Shown one piece after another: positions 31,006 to 45,753 of a DNA stretch of 64,000 bases. Under the pieces are notes generated by a model that saw only the letters and a list, made by a program, of their open reading frames with translations, was not told the origin of the DNA and did no database searches. Origin of the DNA: Eledone cirrhosa (lineage: Eukaryota). Made by a program: the position numbers and the translations under genes. Every line of letters starts with the position of its first letter. Positions within the stretch are counted from its first letter, which is position 1. The stretch is from positions 21,576,001 to 21,640,000 of the forward strand of contig OZ024748.1 in NCBI GenBank assembly GCA_964016885.1, written 5' to 3'.

Positions 31006-32461
31006 CAAGAAGTGTAAGTCAACAGGTTAAAATTAACTTTGTTTATTCATATTCGCTGCAATATATATTTCGGTGATAACCATAATTCAACAGTTATGAC
31101 CTCATCAGGCAGCTAGAACTTTCAGCATATACCGACAGGTCTTTGGATTAACAACACCACTTTCCGGATCCTGGCATATCACCGAATTAACAAGGTAAAC
31201 TCTATTCCACCATTACGTTTCCCTGTTTTTTCTGTTCAAGTTCTAGCTGCCTGATGAGGTCATAACTGTTGAATTATGCTTATCACCAAAATATATATTG
31301 CAGTGAATATGAATAAACAAAATTAATTTTAATCTGTTGACTTACACTTTTTGTTTTAAATTACTCCAAAGGAAACAGACTCACCTGCACACTTCCTTGA
31401 GGCTCTAACCTTCATACTGGAGTGCTGGGAAGCAATCAACACAAACAAAATTTATATTTACTCTTTTACTTTTTTACTATTTTTCCTGTTTCAGCCATCC
31501 GGCTGAGGCCATGCTGGTGCACTGCATATATATATATATTTATTCGTAAAATTAGAGTATTCTCAACACGAAAGGTAGCCGTGAACAGCTGGATACCATT
31601 TGCATGCATAGCAAAAGAAAGGCTGTTTGCTGTTTGAAAGGGAACAGCTACAACAGTAGGTGGAAATAACAGCAGCAGCAGTGGTAAAACCTGAGCCAGG
31701 TCAGGCTTTCTACACCGAATGGATGGAGTGCAAGAGACAGATAACTCTTTATATATTTATCTAGCTACCCCCTTTTTTTTTTTTTTTTGTCTCTCCCGTT
31801 TTCGCCTCCCTTTGTTTTTCTATTTACCACTGTTACTTCCGCTTACTGCTGCTGATGTTCCCATTGGAATAGCAAACAGACTCTATATTGGTATCTCCTG
31901 CCATTGGCTCCCTTCATTTTTGCCACTGCTGCTACTGTTACTTCCGCCTGCTGCTCCCTTTCGACCAGCAAAAATCCTTTCATTTGCCAATCTCGGTTTC
32001 AGGCTGATGCCCCCCCCCCCCCCCCATTGCTCTTTCATTCATCTTTTCTAGCATTTGAACAACAGAGATTTGATTCCTGCTGTGTAGACAATACTTCTAG
32101 ACATAGTCCTTCCCTTGGGTAGTTCAGGATTGGTGGGGTACCTGAGTCACCCCTGGATGGTTCAGCCCCCTATTAGGGAATTTAGTTTGTTATTTTTATA
32201 CATAGTTTATTTTATTTTATTTTTTCATTGTTAAATTGGTTTTGTTATTGTGCATTTTTACTCAATCTTATTTTGTAAACCCCACCCACCCACCCACTGT
32301 CCCTGTCTTTGTACTGTCCCCTACATGTCGGTCCTTGTGGCCAATAAATGAAATTATTATTATTAACATTAGTAGTAGTAGTAGTAGTAAGTAGCATGTC
32401 TCTCTCTCCCTCACTCTATCCCCCCTCTCTCTCTCTATCCCCCTTTCTGCCTCCCTCTCTC

Positions 32462-32499
<38 letters not shown>

Positions 32500-33826
32500 G
32501 TCTGGGCTAGAACAACAGTCTCCTTCCCACGTAATCACTGATATTGTAAATGACATTCAGTTAATAAACAAATTAGTTTAAACACTAGATTGATCTTCCC
32601 TGATAACCTTTTGTCTCTCTCTATCTCTGACTCTTCTGAATCAGGTACCACCGAACCAAGAGGGAAGCCTCTATGTGGTCGCTCGACATGCTAGAAATAG
32701 CAGCCAAATTCCACTCTGACAACAGCTTAATGAGGGATGTATTCGTGGATACATTGACAGAAAATAAGATGTGATGGTTATGGATTAAAAAATCAGTTTC
32801 ATTATCAATCTACTCAGTCAGAACTGATCTAGGGTTAAACAACAACAACAACAAAACAAACATGACCTTCTTCTCTTTTAACGTATTGTAATGATTTAGC
32901 AGAAAATGTCTAAAATAAAACCAGGTTAATTCAAAAGTTTATGGTGTCTTTACTAGTGGGCAGATTGTTGTGAAAATTTGCAGTAAACTAAAGACTTCAA
33001 TTTTTTAGCGTGAAGCAGTCATAGTATTGCTTTGTACTTCTCAAAGAATGTTCTGTTAATGCGGTTTCATGCGGTACAGGGCGTTAGGAGTTAATTTACA
33101 CAATCCAGTATTAACCCTTTAACATTTACATTACTCTATATATACTATATTTTCATGGTAAAGTCTTTACTTCACATAAATATCTCGCATAATATAGAAT
33201 CTATGAGATTTTGATGTTATTTATTTTGAGAACAATACCTTAACAACAGTATGAGCAGCCGGTTTGAACAGAAAGATGTGAGAATTATGGCCGGTTTAAA
33301 TGCTAAAGGGTTAAAGTAAAGACTTTAATTTTTAGTGTCAAGCAGTCATAGTATTGCTTTGTACTTCTCAAAGAATGTTCTGCTAATGTGGTTTGATGCG
33401 GTGCAGGACATTAGGAGTTACTATACCCAATTTTCAATCTAGTAGAACTGAAATGGCTGAAGGGTGAAAGTATTGAACTTGCTGCTAATAGGTTTTGAAT
33501 TCAAGTCCTCTGCAAATATTTGTATAGGTTTGTTGGTAAAGTAGGAATTACTAATAAACTTTCAACAGTGGTATACCTACATACCATACCACCTAGTTTA
33601 ACCTCCAACCACCTGGTCTTTGGGGATATTTTCAGTGGTATACCTACATACCATACCACCTAGTTTAACCCCCAACCACCTGGTCTTTGGGGATATTTTC
33701 AGTGGTATACCTACATACCATACCACCTAGTTTAACCCCCAACCACCTGGTCTTTGGGGATATTTTCAGTGGTATACCTACATACCATACCATACCACCT
33801 AGTTTAACCCATATATATATATCATC

Positions 33827-33869
<43 letters not shown>

Positions 33870-33973
33870 TTCATTTTACGTCCGCTTTTCCCTGCTTGCA
33901 AGGGTGGGACGGGAACTAATTCTGGCTTGATTTCTACAGCTGGATGCCCTTCCTAACACCAACCTCATTTACA

Positions 33974-34008
<35 letters not shown>

Positions 34009-35019
34009 AGGCACATGGCTTAGTGGTTAGAGCATTGGCCTTGCAATCGAAAGGTTGTGAGTTCAATTCTCAGACCGGGTGATGTGTTGTTTCCTTGAGC
34101 AAGAGACTTTATTTCACATTGCTCCAGTTTACTCAGCTGTAGAAATGAGATGATAGGGACTGGGGTCCCTATCATTCCACTGCAAAGTGGACGTGTAGGC
34201 GCCACGGCAAAAAAGCACCCAGCACTCACTGTAAATGAGGTTGGTGTTAGGAAGGGAATCCAGCTGTAGAAATCAAGCCAAAATCAGTTCCCGTCCCACC
34301 CTTGTAAGCAGGGAAAAGCGGACGTAAAATGAAATGATGAAATGATGATATATATATATATGGGAAAAGCAAACAAGATAAGAAAAAAATCTTTAGTTAC
34401 TTTAATGTTCCTACTGCAGTTTCATTGAGAAAATAACAATACTCCAAGTAGAATATCGCAAGATATCTTGAATCATCAGGAGACTTTTCCCATATATGAT
34501 TTTAATAGGCTCTGAATCTGTTGATTTTATTAACTCTTTCATAGAACCAAACTTAATATCAGTTGGACGCTCTGTATGTATCCATACTTTTATCTATACT
34601 CGTGTAGACAGTTTTTCGAAATATTTACTTCTGCGTTCACAGATTGATTTTTTTTAGTTTCAGAAGATCCCGTTAAGGGTGAAAGCAGTGATTCTTTGCT
34701 TAAACTTTAATCTGTTATTTTAATAAATTTTTGCTCTAGGGTTTTTATATATTTGATATATATTTATCCTTATCGAGCCCTCTTTGGGCATTTATTATTA
34801 TCGAGCATTTATTATTATCGAGCCCTCTTTGGGCATTTATTATTATTACTATATATATATATATGCGTGTGTGTGTGTGTGTCTGTATCTGTGTGTTGGC
34901 ATTAGGATGGGCATCCAGCCATAGAAACCAACCCCAAAATGGAGCGTACAAACAAGATGTGGACACCATTTAACCCATGCTATCATGGAAAATAGGTGTT
35001 AAATGACAATGATGATATA

Positions 35020-35052
<33 letters not shown>

Positions 35053-35835
35053 CACGTACACACTAACACACACACATGCATACATATTCACAAAAACATG
35101 AATGCACACACACGCACAAATATTCACAAATATATATGTACGCACATACTTATAGAAATTCAATTATGTATGTTACACTGTTTTTTTTTTACAGAATTTT
35201 AAACAATGGCTCCATATGTTATTATTTTAGGTTGTTGTTTTTTTTTTTGGGGGGGGGGGGCATTTCTTTTTTGTATCTCCTCAAAACAATTTCATCTCCA
35301 ACGGGTTAAAATATATGATATGCAGCTGAAAAGTTCACAGGCTGACAAAGATACTCTCATGGAATGACCAAATAAGGTATATTTTTCAACATAGTTCCTG
35401 AAAAGAAACAATACAGTTATATTAATAAGAAAGTTGAAATTAATGCATGCAAGATTACACAGCTCTAGCATCACTCCTTCATAGTCAGCCTATGAACTTT
35501 TCAGCCTACCTTCATATGCAACCATTAAAAGAAAGACCTTCAATATTTTTTCGTCTTGAACAATATTTCTATCTGTCGCCTTCAGGTAAAACAATAACTC
35601 TTAAAACTCCAACAATTGTAAGAAAAATATCTCTTATAAGGTAGATAAATATTTGTTCATGTAATGATAACTGTTTGAAAAAATAGAAGTTATTTTTTTA
35701 AAGCTACGCATGGTGTCTGAAGTAGTAGTACTAATTAGAAGAAGCGTTTTGTACAATAAGTAGAAGAGTATAAAAAAATAACTAGAAGAGTGAAAGCTAT
35801 TTAGTGAGTTACTTTAGGGTATCTCTTTCTTTCTT

Positions 35836-35883
<48 letters not shown>

Positions 35884-37003
35884 TACATTTGTGTGTGTGC
35901 CTGAATGTCTGTGTGTGTTAATCACTATTACATTCAATACCCCAAATGATATATATAAATATGTATGTATGTATAATGTAGTATTGTATCTTTGCCAATA
36001 CAATTGTTTGGTCTTTATAGGCTAAAATAAAAATTAAAAAAACGAAAATATAAACATGTTTTAGTTATGAGACTGTAGATGTCCACACTCACTCACGCAC
36101 CCAATCAATAAATTATAACAGAGTTCAACTCTTAACCAGGAATTCTTATTTTTACTTTAAAATATTGTTAGCTTAAATGGTGGAGACTATTAACTATTAT
36201 TTATAATTAATAAGGTGTCACGACAAAAAGCACCCAGTCCACACTGTAATGTGGGCGTGTAGGTGTCATGACAAAAAGCACCCAGTCCACACTGTAATGT
36301 GGGCGTGTAGGTGTCATGACAAAAAGCACCCAGTCCACACTGTAATATGGTCATGTAGGTGTCATGACAAAAAGCACCCAGTCCACACTGTAATGTGGGC
36401 GTGTAGGTGTCATGACAAAAAGCACCCAGTCCACACTGTAATGTGGGCGTGTAGGTGTCATGACAAAAAGCACCCAGTCCACACTGTAATGTGGTCGTGT
36501 AGGTGTCACCGCAAACAGCACCAGTCCACACTGTAAAGTGGTCGTGTTGGTGACATGACAAAAAGCACCCAGTACTCACTGTGAGTTTGGCATTAGGAAG
36601 GGCATCAGTTCTGTATGAGTTCTGTATGAGCAAGACATGGTCACCTGACCTAGCATTGCTGACAACAGGATAACTCGTCTAACCCATGCCAGCATGGAAA
36701 AAGGACATTAAGCACCCTGGTCTTAGTCAGCACTTAACTATGTGTTCTTCATGCAGATCATCTTCCTAAGATATATTGATATGACATTTTTTTTAACTGG
36801 ACTAATTAGTTTTCCCATAAAGACTATATCCTTTCAGTTGTTTAACCTGTGGCTAGAGTAGTAGAGACACTTGCTCAAGGTGTCACACTGAGATTGAACC
36901 TGAAACTATAAAGTTATGAAGTGAACTCCTTCACCACACAATCATTCCTCAATATGTGTGTATATATATGCATGTATGTGTGTGTGTATTCATGTGTGTT
37001 GAC

Positions 37004-37037
<34 letters not shown>

Positions 37038-38464
37038 ATGTTAATTACCCTACTGTTAATTCTGGGTTGATTTCCTACAACCTTTGCATTGTAGCTATGG
37101 ACACTCACACACACTGACAAACATATATACATATGGCTGTTTAACACTTTAGTTTGCTTGACTGACAAACGGGTTCCACCCCCTATTTCACAGTTGAGTG
37201 GTTAGCAGAAAGGAAGAGCATCCATCTGTAAAATACACCATTACTCCAGTGAAAACAATCTCACACCTTTACTGGCTCACATGAACATGGATGAAAAAAT
37301 TGCAAAAATGTCCACACATGTGTAGACACACACGTACTCAGACATACATACACACACATACAAAAAGACGCATATGCACATGCACACATACTCAGACACA
37401 CACACACATGTACACACATACTCGTGCATTCATAATCATAGTGATACATTTACACATACTCATATACACACATACACACGCATACATATATAGAGAGAGA
37501 GATTTATACGCATACACGCAGATACAGGCATACATATATATAGATATATACACATAGATACACACATACACAAATATATATATATAGAGAGAGAGATAGA
37601 TAGATATATATATACATATTCACACATATACATAGACAAGCCCACACATATGTATATAAGTATATACAAAGAGACATACACATACGCATATATGTATAGA
37701 GAGAGATAGATACATATACACACATATGCATAGACAAACCCAGACACATACACACACACACATATATATATATAGAGAGAGAGAGAGATAGATACATATA
37801 CACACATATACATAGAGAAACCCACCCATACACACACATATATATATATGATGGCTGACCCTCGTTATCGATTATGGCCATTGCACGATATATATATACA
37901 CACAAACATATACATACACACACATATACATAGACAAACCCCCCCCACACACATACACACACATATATATGTATATATATACACACACACAATAATTATC
38001 CTAGAGGAGAAGGCAGTCGGTTCAATGAACTAAAATATAAAATGATGGGAACCTTAGCACCTGACTCTTGGTTCCAGTAGAGCCTCCCCACCCCACACTC
38101 CCTCTCTCTCCCTCACACACACACATGAATATATACACACACACACATATGATTATATATACACACACACATAGCTGCACACACACTGCCAACACCAACC
38201 TCCCCACATCAGGTTCCAATATACCCTCCCTCCCCACCTCTCTCTCCTCTCTCTCTCTCACACACACTGCCAACACCTCCCTCCCCACCCCTCTCTCTCT
38301 CTTTCTCACACTGCCAACACCTTCCTCTCTCTCTCTCCCGTTCTCTCTCTTTCTCTCTCCCGTTCTCTCTCTCTCTCACACACACTGCCAACACCTCCCT
38401 CCCCACCTCTCTCTCTCTCTCTCACACACACTGCCAACACCTCCCTCCCCACCTCTCTCTCTCC

Positions 38465-38531
<67 letters not shown>

Positions 38532-41500
38532 AACACCTCCCTCCCCACATCAGGTTCCAATCAGAAAGTGATCCAATCTTGCGAGAAGTAACGAGGTGAG
38601 AATCAAACTGTTTTTGACTCCAGTTCACCACCGACACCGCCAACACCACCACCACCGCCATCACCACAACCATCACCACCACAACCATCATCACCACCAC
38701 CAACAAAACCATCACCACCATCACCATCATCACCACCACCACCACCACTATCACCACCACCAACTAAACCATCACCACCACCACCAACATCATCACCACT
38801 ACCACCACCATCACCACCACCACTATCACCACCACCAGCAAAACCATCACCACCACCATCATCACCACTACCACAACCATCACCACCACCACCATCACCA
38901 CCACCACCACCATCATCACCACCACCACCACCATCACCACCACTACCACCATCATCACCACCACTACCACCACCATCACCACCACCACCATCATCACCTA
39001 CTGACTCCAGTTCACCACCAACAACACCACCACCACCTACATCATCTTCACCACCTACACCACCTTCAGTACCAGAACCACCTACACCACCAATATTACC
39101 ACCTACACCAACATCACTACCACCTACAACAACATCACCACCACCCCCCACCCCCACACACACCACCATCTCCACCCACCCACCCCACCATCATCATCAT
39201 CACCCCTACCAACACCACCAACACCTACAACACCACCACCAACATCACCATCACACCACCACCACACCACCACCATCACACCACACCAACACCACCATCA
39301 CCACCACCTACAACACCACCACCACCAACACCACCATCACACCACCAACATCACCATCACACCATCACCACCACCTACAACACCACCACCACCATCACCA
39401 CCACACCATCACCAACAACACCACCCAACACCACCACCACCATCACACCACCAACATCACCATCACACCACCACAACCACACCACCACCAACAACACCAC
39501 CTACAACAACACTACCACACTCTCACACCACCATCATGCCACCACAACCACACCACCACCATCACCAACAACAACACCACCACCAACAACAACACCACCA
39601 CCAACAACACCACCACCACCAACAACACCACCATCACCAACAACACCACCCAACACCAACAACACCACCTACAACAACACTACCACCACCAGCACCACCA
39701 CCACCAACATCACCATCACACCACCAACATCACCATCACGCCACCACTACCACAACACCACCCAACACCAACACCACCACCTACAACAGCACTACCACCA
39801 CCACAACAACACCACCCAACACCTACAACACCACCCAACACCAACAACACCACCAACAACAACACTACCACACCACCACCATCACCAACAACACCACCCA
39901 ACACCAACAACACCAACAACACCACCCAACACCAACAACACCACCAACAACAACACTACCACACCACCACCATCACCAACAACACCACCCAACACCAACA
40001 ACACCACCATCACCAACAACACCACCCAACACTAACAACACCACCAACAACAACACTACCACACCACCACCATCACTAACAACACCACCCAACACCAACA
40101 ACACCACCTACAACAACACCACCCAACACCAACAACACCACCAACAACAACACCACCCAACACCACCATCACCAACAACACCACCCAACACCAACACCAC
40201 CACCATCACCAACAACACCACCCAACACCAACAACACCACCTACAACAACACTACCACACCACCACCATCACTAACAACACCACCCAACACCAACAACAC
40301 CACCTACAACAACACCACCCAACACCAACAACACCACCTACAACAACACCACCCAACACCAACAACACCACCAACAACAACACCACCCAACACCACCATC
40401 ACCAACAACACCAACACCACCACCATCACCAACAACACCACCCAACACCAACAACACCACCTACAACAACACCACCTACAACAACACTACCACACTCTCT
40501 ACAGAAATGGTGGTAACAGATAATTGTTTCTCAGAATCTCATTTTACAGATTTCCACCCAATCCTGACCTCTCATCTCATCTCCTCTCATCTCATCTCAT
40601 CTCATCTCATCTCATCTCATCTCCTCTCCCCTCATCTCATCTCATCTCATCTCCTCTCATCTCATCTCATCTCATCTCATCTCATCTCATCTCATCTCAT
40701 CTCATCTCATCTCATCTCATCTCATCTCATCTCATCTCATCTCATCTCATCTCATCTCATCTCATCTCATCTCATCTCATCTCATCTCATCTCATCTCAT
40801 CTCATCTCATCTCATCTCATCTCATCTCATCTCATCTCATCTCATCTCATCTCATCTCATCTCATCTCATCTCATCTCATCTCATCTCATCTCATCTCAT
40901 CTCATCTCATCTCATCTCATCTCATCTCATCTCATCTCATCTCATCTCATCTCATCTCATCTCATCTCATCTCATCTCATCTCATCTCATCTCATCTCAT
41001 CTCATCTCATCTCATCTCATCTCATCTCATCTCATCTCATCTCATCTCATCTCATCTCATCTCATCTCATCTCATCTCATCTCATCTCATCTCATCTCAT
41101 CTCATCTCATCTCATCTCATCTCATCTCATCTCATCTCATCTCATCTCATCTCATCTCATCTCATCTCATCTCATCTCATCTCATCTCATCTCATCTCAT
41201 CTCATCTCATCTCATCTCATCTCATCTCATCTCATCTCACCTCACCTCACCTCACCTCACCTCACCTCACCTCACCTCACCTCACCTCACCTCACCTCAC
41301 CTCACCTCACCTCACCTCACCTCACCTCACCTCACCTCACCTCACCTCACCTCACCTCACCTCACCTCACCTCACCTCACCTCACCTCACCTCACCTCAC
41401 CTCACCTCACCTCACCTCACCTCACCTCACCTCACCTCACCTCACCTTCCCTCATCTCTTCTCATCTTTTCCCTCCTCTCATCTCTTCACATCTCTTCCC

Positions 41501-44500
41501 TCCTCTCATCTCTTCCCTCCTCTCATCTCTTCCCTCCTCTCATCTCTTCCCTCCTCTCATCTCTTCCCTCCTCTCATCTCTTCCCTCCTCTCATCTCTTC
41601 CCTCCTCTCATCTCTTCCCTCCTCTCATCTCTTCCCTCCTCTCATCTCCTCTCATCTCCTCACATCTCTCTTCTCCTCTCATCTCTTCCCTTCTCTCATC
41701 TCCTCCAATTTCTTCCTTCTTCTCATCTCCTCACATCTCTTCCTTCAACTCCTCCCATCTCCTCATCTCTTCCCTCCTCTAATCTCAAATCACTTCCCTC
41801 CTCTCATTTCTCTCACATCTCACCACTTTTTCTTCTTCCTACATCTCAAATCTCTCCTCTCACATCTCACCTCCTCTCCTTTTATCACATCGCACTTGTT
41901 CTTTTCTTCTACATCTCACACCCTTTTAAGCTCACATCTCTTTTCCTCTCACACCTCACTCTTTCTATTCTTCCTACATCTCACCTTCTCTCACATTTAA
42001 CCCATTCTCCCCTCTCCCTTTTCTTTCCTTTCTCCCTCACATTTCACCATTTTTCTTCCCACATTGCAGTCACCATTTCTCATCTCCCCGCATCTCTCTT
42101 ACCCCTTCTCTCTCTTCTTGTTACTCTCATTCTTTCTTTGTTGTTTGCCTCTCTCTCACAAACACACACATAGACACAAATGTGTGTGTGCATATATATT
42201 TATATATACATATATGTTTATATATATGGAGGCACATGGCTTAGTGGTTAGAACATTGGCCTTGCAATTGAAAGGTTGGAAGTTCAATTCTCAGACCGGG
42301 TGATGTGTTGTTTCCTTGAGCAAGACACTTTATTTCACATTCCTCCAGTTTACTCAGCTGTAGAAATGAGATGATAGGGACTGGGGTCCCTATCATTCCA
42401 CTGCAAAGTGGACGTGTAGGTGCCACTGCAAAAACCACCCAGCACTCACTGTAAATGAGGTTGGTGTTAGGAAGGGCATCCAGCTGTAGAAATCAAACCA
42501 GAATCAGTTCCCGTCCCACCCTTGCAAGCAGGGAAAAGTGGACGTAAAATGATGATGATATATTATACTTTGGGAGGGTCATAATGCCAATAAAAACACA
42601 CACGCACCTGTTGGTTTTCACTTCAGTTTATTATAAATTTACCGTTGGTTGGTTGGATAACTGGATGGTTTATATAGTGTCTAAGCTCTTTCGTCACCCA
42701 TTCTGTGACCTCCTCAGTGACTGGGTTTTTATTTTGTGTTCCTCCTTTGTTCTATCCTACAACACAATAACAAGATGATGTAGGATAGAACAAAGGAACT
42801 TTCAGTGAATAATGTTCCAATTTCCTCTCTTTGGGATTAAATTTTGATCTAAATTTTTCTAAGTCTTTTTAAAGTGTTTTTTTTTTAAATGGTTATTTTG
42901 CTATTAACGAGAATGACATCAATTGCCAATACATATATATATATATATATGTTCTTGTATATGGTAGATATACCATCCCAGATATGTACTCAGTCTTCTA
43001 GTGTTGTATCATCTGCTCTAAACTCTAATCTGTTCTTTTTTCTACCATTTTCCTCCTCTTTAGAGAAAAAGAAGATCCAAGCAACTTTAGTGAAAGCCAA
43101 TGAAATTTTGTCTGAGGAGCGTGTCAGAATTGCCTTTGTGTTTACATTGAATGGACGTGCTGTCCGCCAAGTCTTCCGTCTACTTAAGACCCTCTACCAC
43201 ACCAACCACTACTACTTCTTCCATGTGGACGCTGTGAGTACTTACCTAAACACACATCACACACAAACACATGTGTGTGTGTCAGTATGTCAGCCATGGA
43301 TTGGCAGTATCGGTAGAGGGTCGGATGCCATGCTTTCCAGCATAGTTACGTCCCTTAACGATCTGAGTTCAAATCCCGCTAAGGTTAACTTTGCCTTTCA
43401 TCCTTACGGAGGTCGATAAAATAAAGTACCAGTAATGCACTGGGTAATTGCTGACCTTGTGCCAAAAAGTAGAAACAAGTATGTCAACCAATCTAGAAAC
43501 ACCCTACTGTCTATCTGTCTCTGTCAGTCAATCTGTCTATATACCTCTATTAGTCTGTCTGTGTGTCTATCTGTCAGTCTATACATGTCTGTCTATCTGT
43601 CAGTTTGTCAGTCTGTCTAATGTTGTCACCTTCTCTCTCTCTCTCTCTGTCAGTCTGTCTATTTGTCTCTCTATCTGTCTAATATCACCTCTCTGTCAGT
43701 CAGTCTGTCTGTCTGTCTGCCTGTCTATATATCTCTATTAGTCTGTCTGTCTAATATCACCTCTCTCTCTCTGTCAGTCTGTCTATCTCGCTGTCTGTCA
43801 GTCTGTCTATCTGTCAGTCTGTCTCTCTGTCTCTCTGTCAGTTTGTCAGTCTGTCTAATATCACCATCTCTCTGTCTGTCAGTCTGTCTACCTATCTCTC
43901 TGACTGCCAGTCTGTCAGTCTGTCTACCCGTCTCTCTGTCTGTCAGTGTGTTTACCCGTCTCTCTGTCAGTCAGTCTGTCTACCCGTCTCTCTGACTGCC
44001 AGTCTGTCTACCCGTCTCTCTGACTGCCAGTCTGTCTACCCGTCTCTCTGTCTGTCAGTCTGTCTAATATCACCATCTCTCTGTCTGCCAGTCTGTCTAA
44101 TATCACCATCTCTCTGTCTGCCAGTCTGTCTAATATCACCATCTCTCTGTCAGTCAGTCTGTCTAATATCACCATCTCTCTGTCTGTCAGTCTGTCTAAT
44201 ATCACCATCTCTCTGTCTGTCAGTCTGTCTAATATCACCATCTCTCTGTCAGTCAGTCTGTCTAATATCACCATCTCTCTGTCTGTCAGTCTGTCTAATA
44301 TCACCATCTCTCTGTCAGTCAGTCTGTCTAATATCACCATCTCTCTGTCAGTCAGTCTGTCTAATATCACCATCTCTCTGTCAGTCAGTCTGTCTAATAT
44401 CACCATCTCTCTGTCTGTCAGTCTGTCTAATATCACCATCTCTCTGTCTGTCAGTCTGTCTAATATCACCATCTCTCTGTCAGTCAGTCTGTCTAATATC

Positions 44501-45213
44501 ACCATCTCTCTGTCTATCAGTCTGTCTAATATCACCATCTCTCTGTCAGTCAGTCTGTCTAATATCACCATCTCTCTGTCAGTCAGTCTGTCTAATATCA
44601 CCATCTCTCTGTCAGTCAGTCTGTCTAATATCACCATCTCTCTGTCAGTCAGTCTGTCTAATATCACCATCTCTCTGTCAGTCAGTCTGTCTAATATCAC
44701 CATCTCTCTGTCTGTCTGTCTGTCAGTCTGTCTAATATCACCATCTCTCTGTCTGTCAGTCTGTCTAATATCACCATCTCTCTGTCTGTCAGTCTGTCTA
44801 CCTGTCTCTCTGTCTGCCAGTCTGTCTAACATTGTCACTTTCAAGAAATATCCCACTATATCCTCTTACTTTTGTTTTGTTCCATTTCCACAGCGTCAAG
44901 AATTTCTGCAGAGGGAGATGCTGGAACTGGCCAAAAGGTTCCCCAATATGTATGTTACCCACAAGAGATTACCCACAATCTGGGGTGGGGCCAGTTTATT
45001 ACAGGCTCACCTAAATATAATGACCGAGCTGATAGCAAAGTCAAATTGGAAATGGGACTACTATGTAAATCTCAGTGAATCGGATTACCCTATCAAGTTA
45101 GTCTTTTGTCTCATTTATTTTATTTTATCTGTCTTCGGTGGAGTAGGAGTGACAAAGCTTAACTCTTAAACACCTGCAATACTTTAGAAAAAAAACCCAT
45201 CTAAATATGGGTT

Positions 45214-45250
<37 letters not shown>

Positions 45251-45375
45251 CCATGCTATCGTGGAAGATAGACGTTAAACGGTATATATATATAAATAAT
45301 AATGAAATATTGTGTACAGTGCTCAGGTGCACTACAACTCATCAAAAAGTGTATGTATAGTACATAGGGAAACTA

Positions 45376-45443
<68 letters not shown>

Positions 45444-45709
45444 TCATCGTTTAACGGTCATTTTCCATGCTAGCATGGGTTAGACAAGTTTCCCCATCGT
45501 GAGACAAACCAGGTCTGATGTCTATGACTTGCTCATATATATATATATGTGTGTGTTTGATGATGTCACACCATTGCCAGTTACTGATGTAACCATTACA
45601 TAACTACCCGCCATGTCATTGAAATACGTATTATGTAATAAATACAATTATGCAAGCATAACATGTCTTAATGTTATTTCGTGTGTATATATGTGTGTGT
45701 GTGTGTATG

Positions 45710-45753
<44 letters not shown>

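Larger units (their letters stand above)
31002..31357. mobile_element. Inverted-repeat hammerhead element with ~115-bp spacer, following (TA)n
   Basis: Arms 31002-31121 and 31238-31357 are diverged reverse complements, each with a hammerhead. Confidence 0.72.

Noticed and set aside
38596-42173. His/Thr/Pro-rich and SHLIS-repeat ORFs
   Set aside because: Simple tri- and pentanucleotide repeats inside an intron
44008-44856. [11 protein letters not shown] repeat ORF on the minus strand
   Set aside because: 33-bp minisatellite artefact
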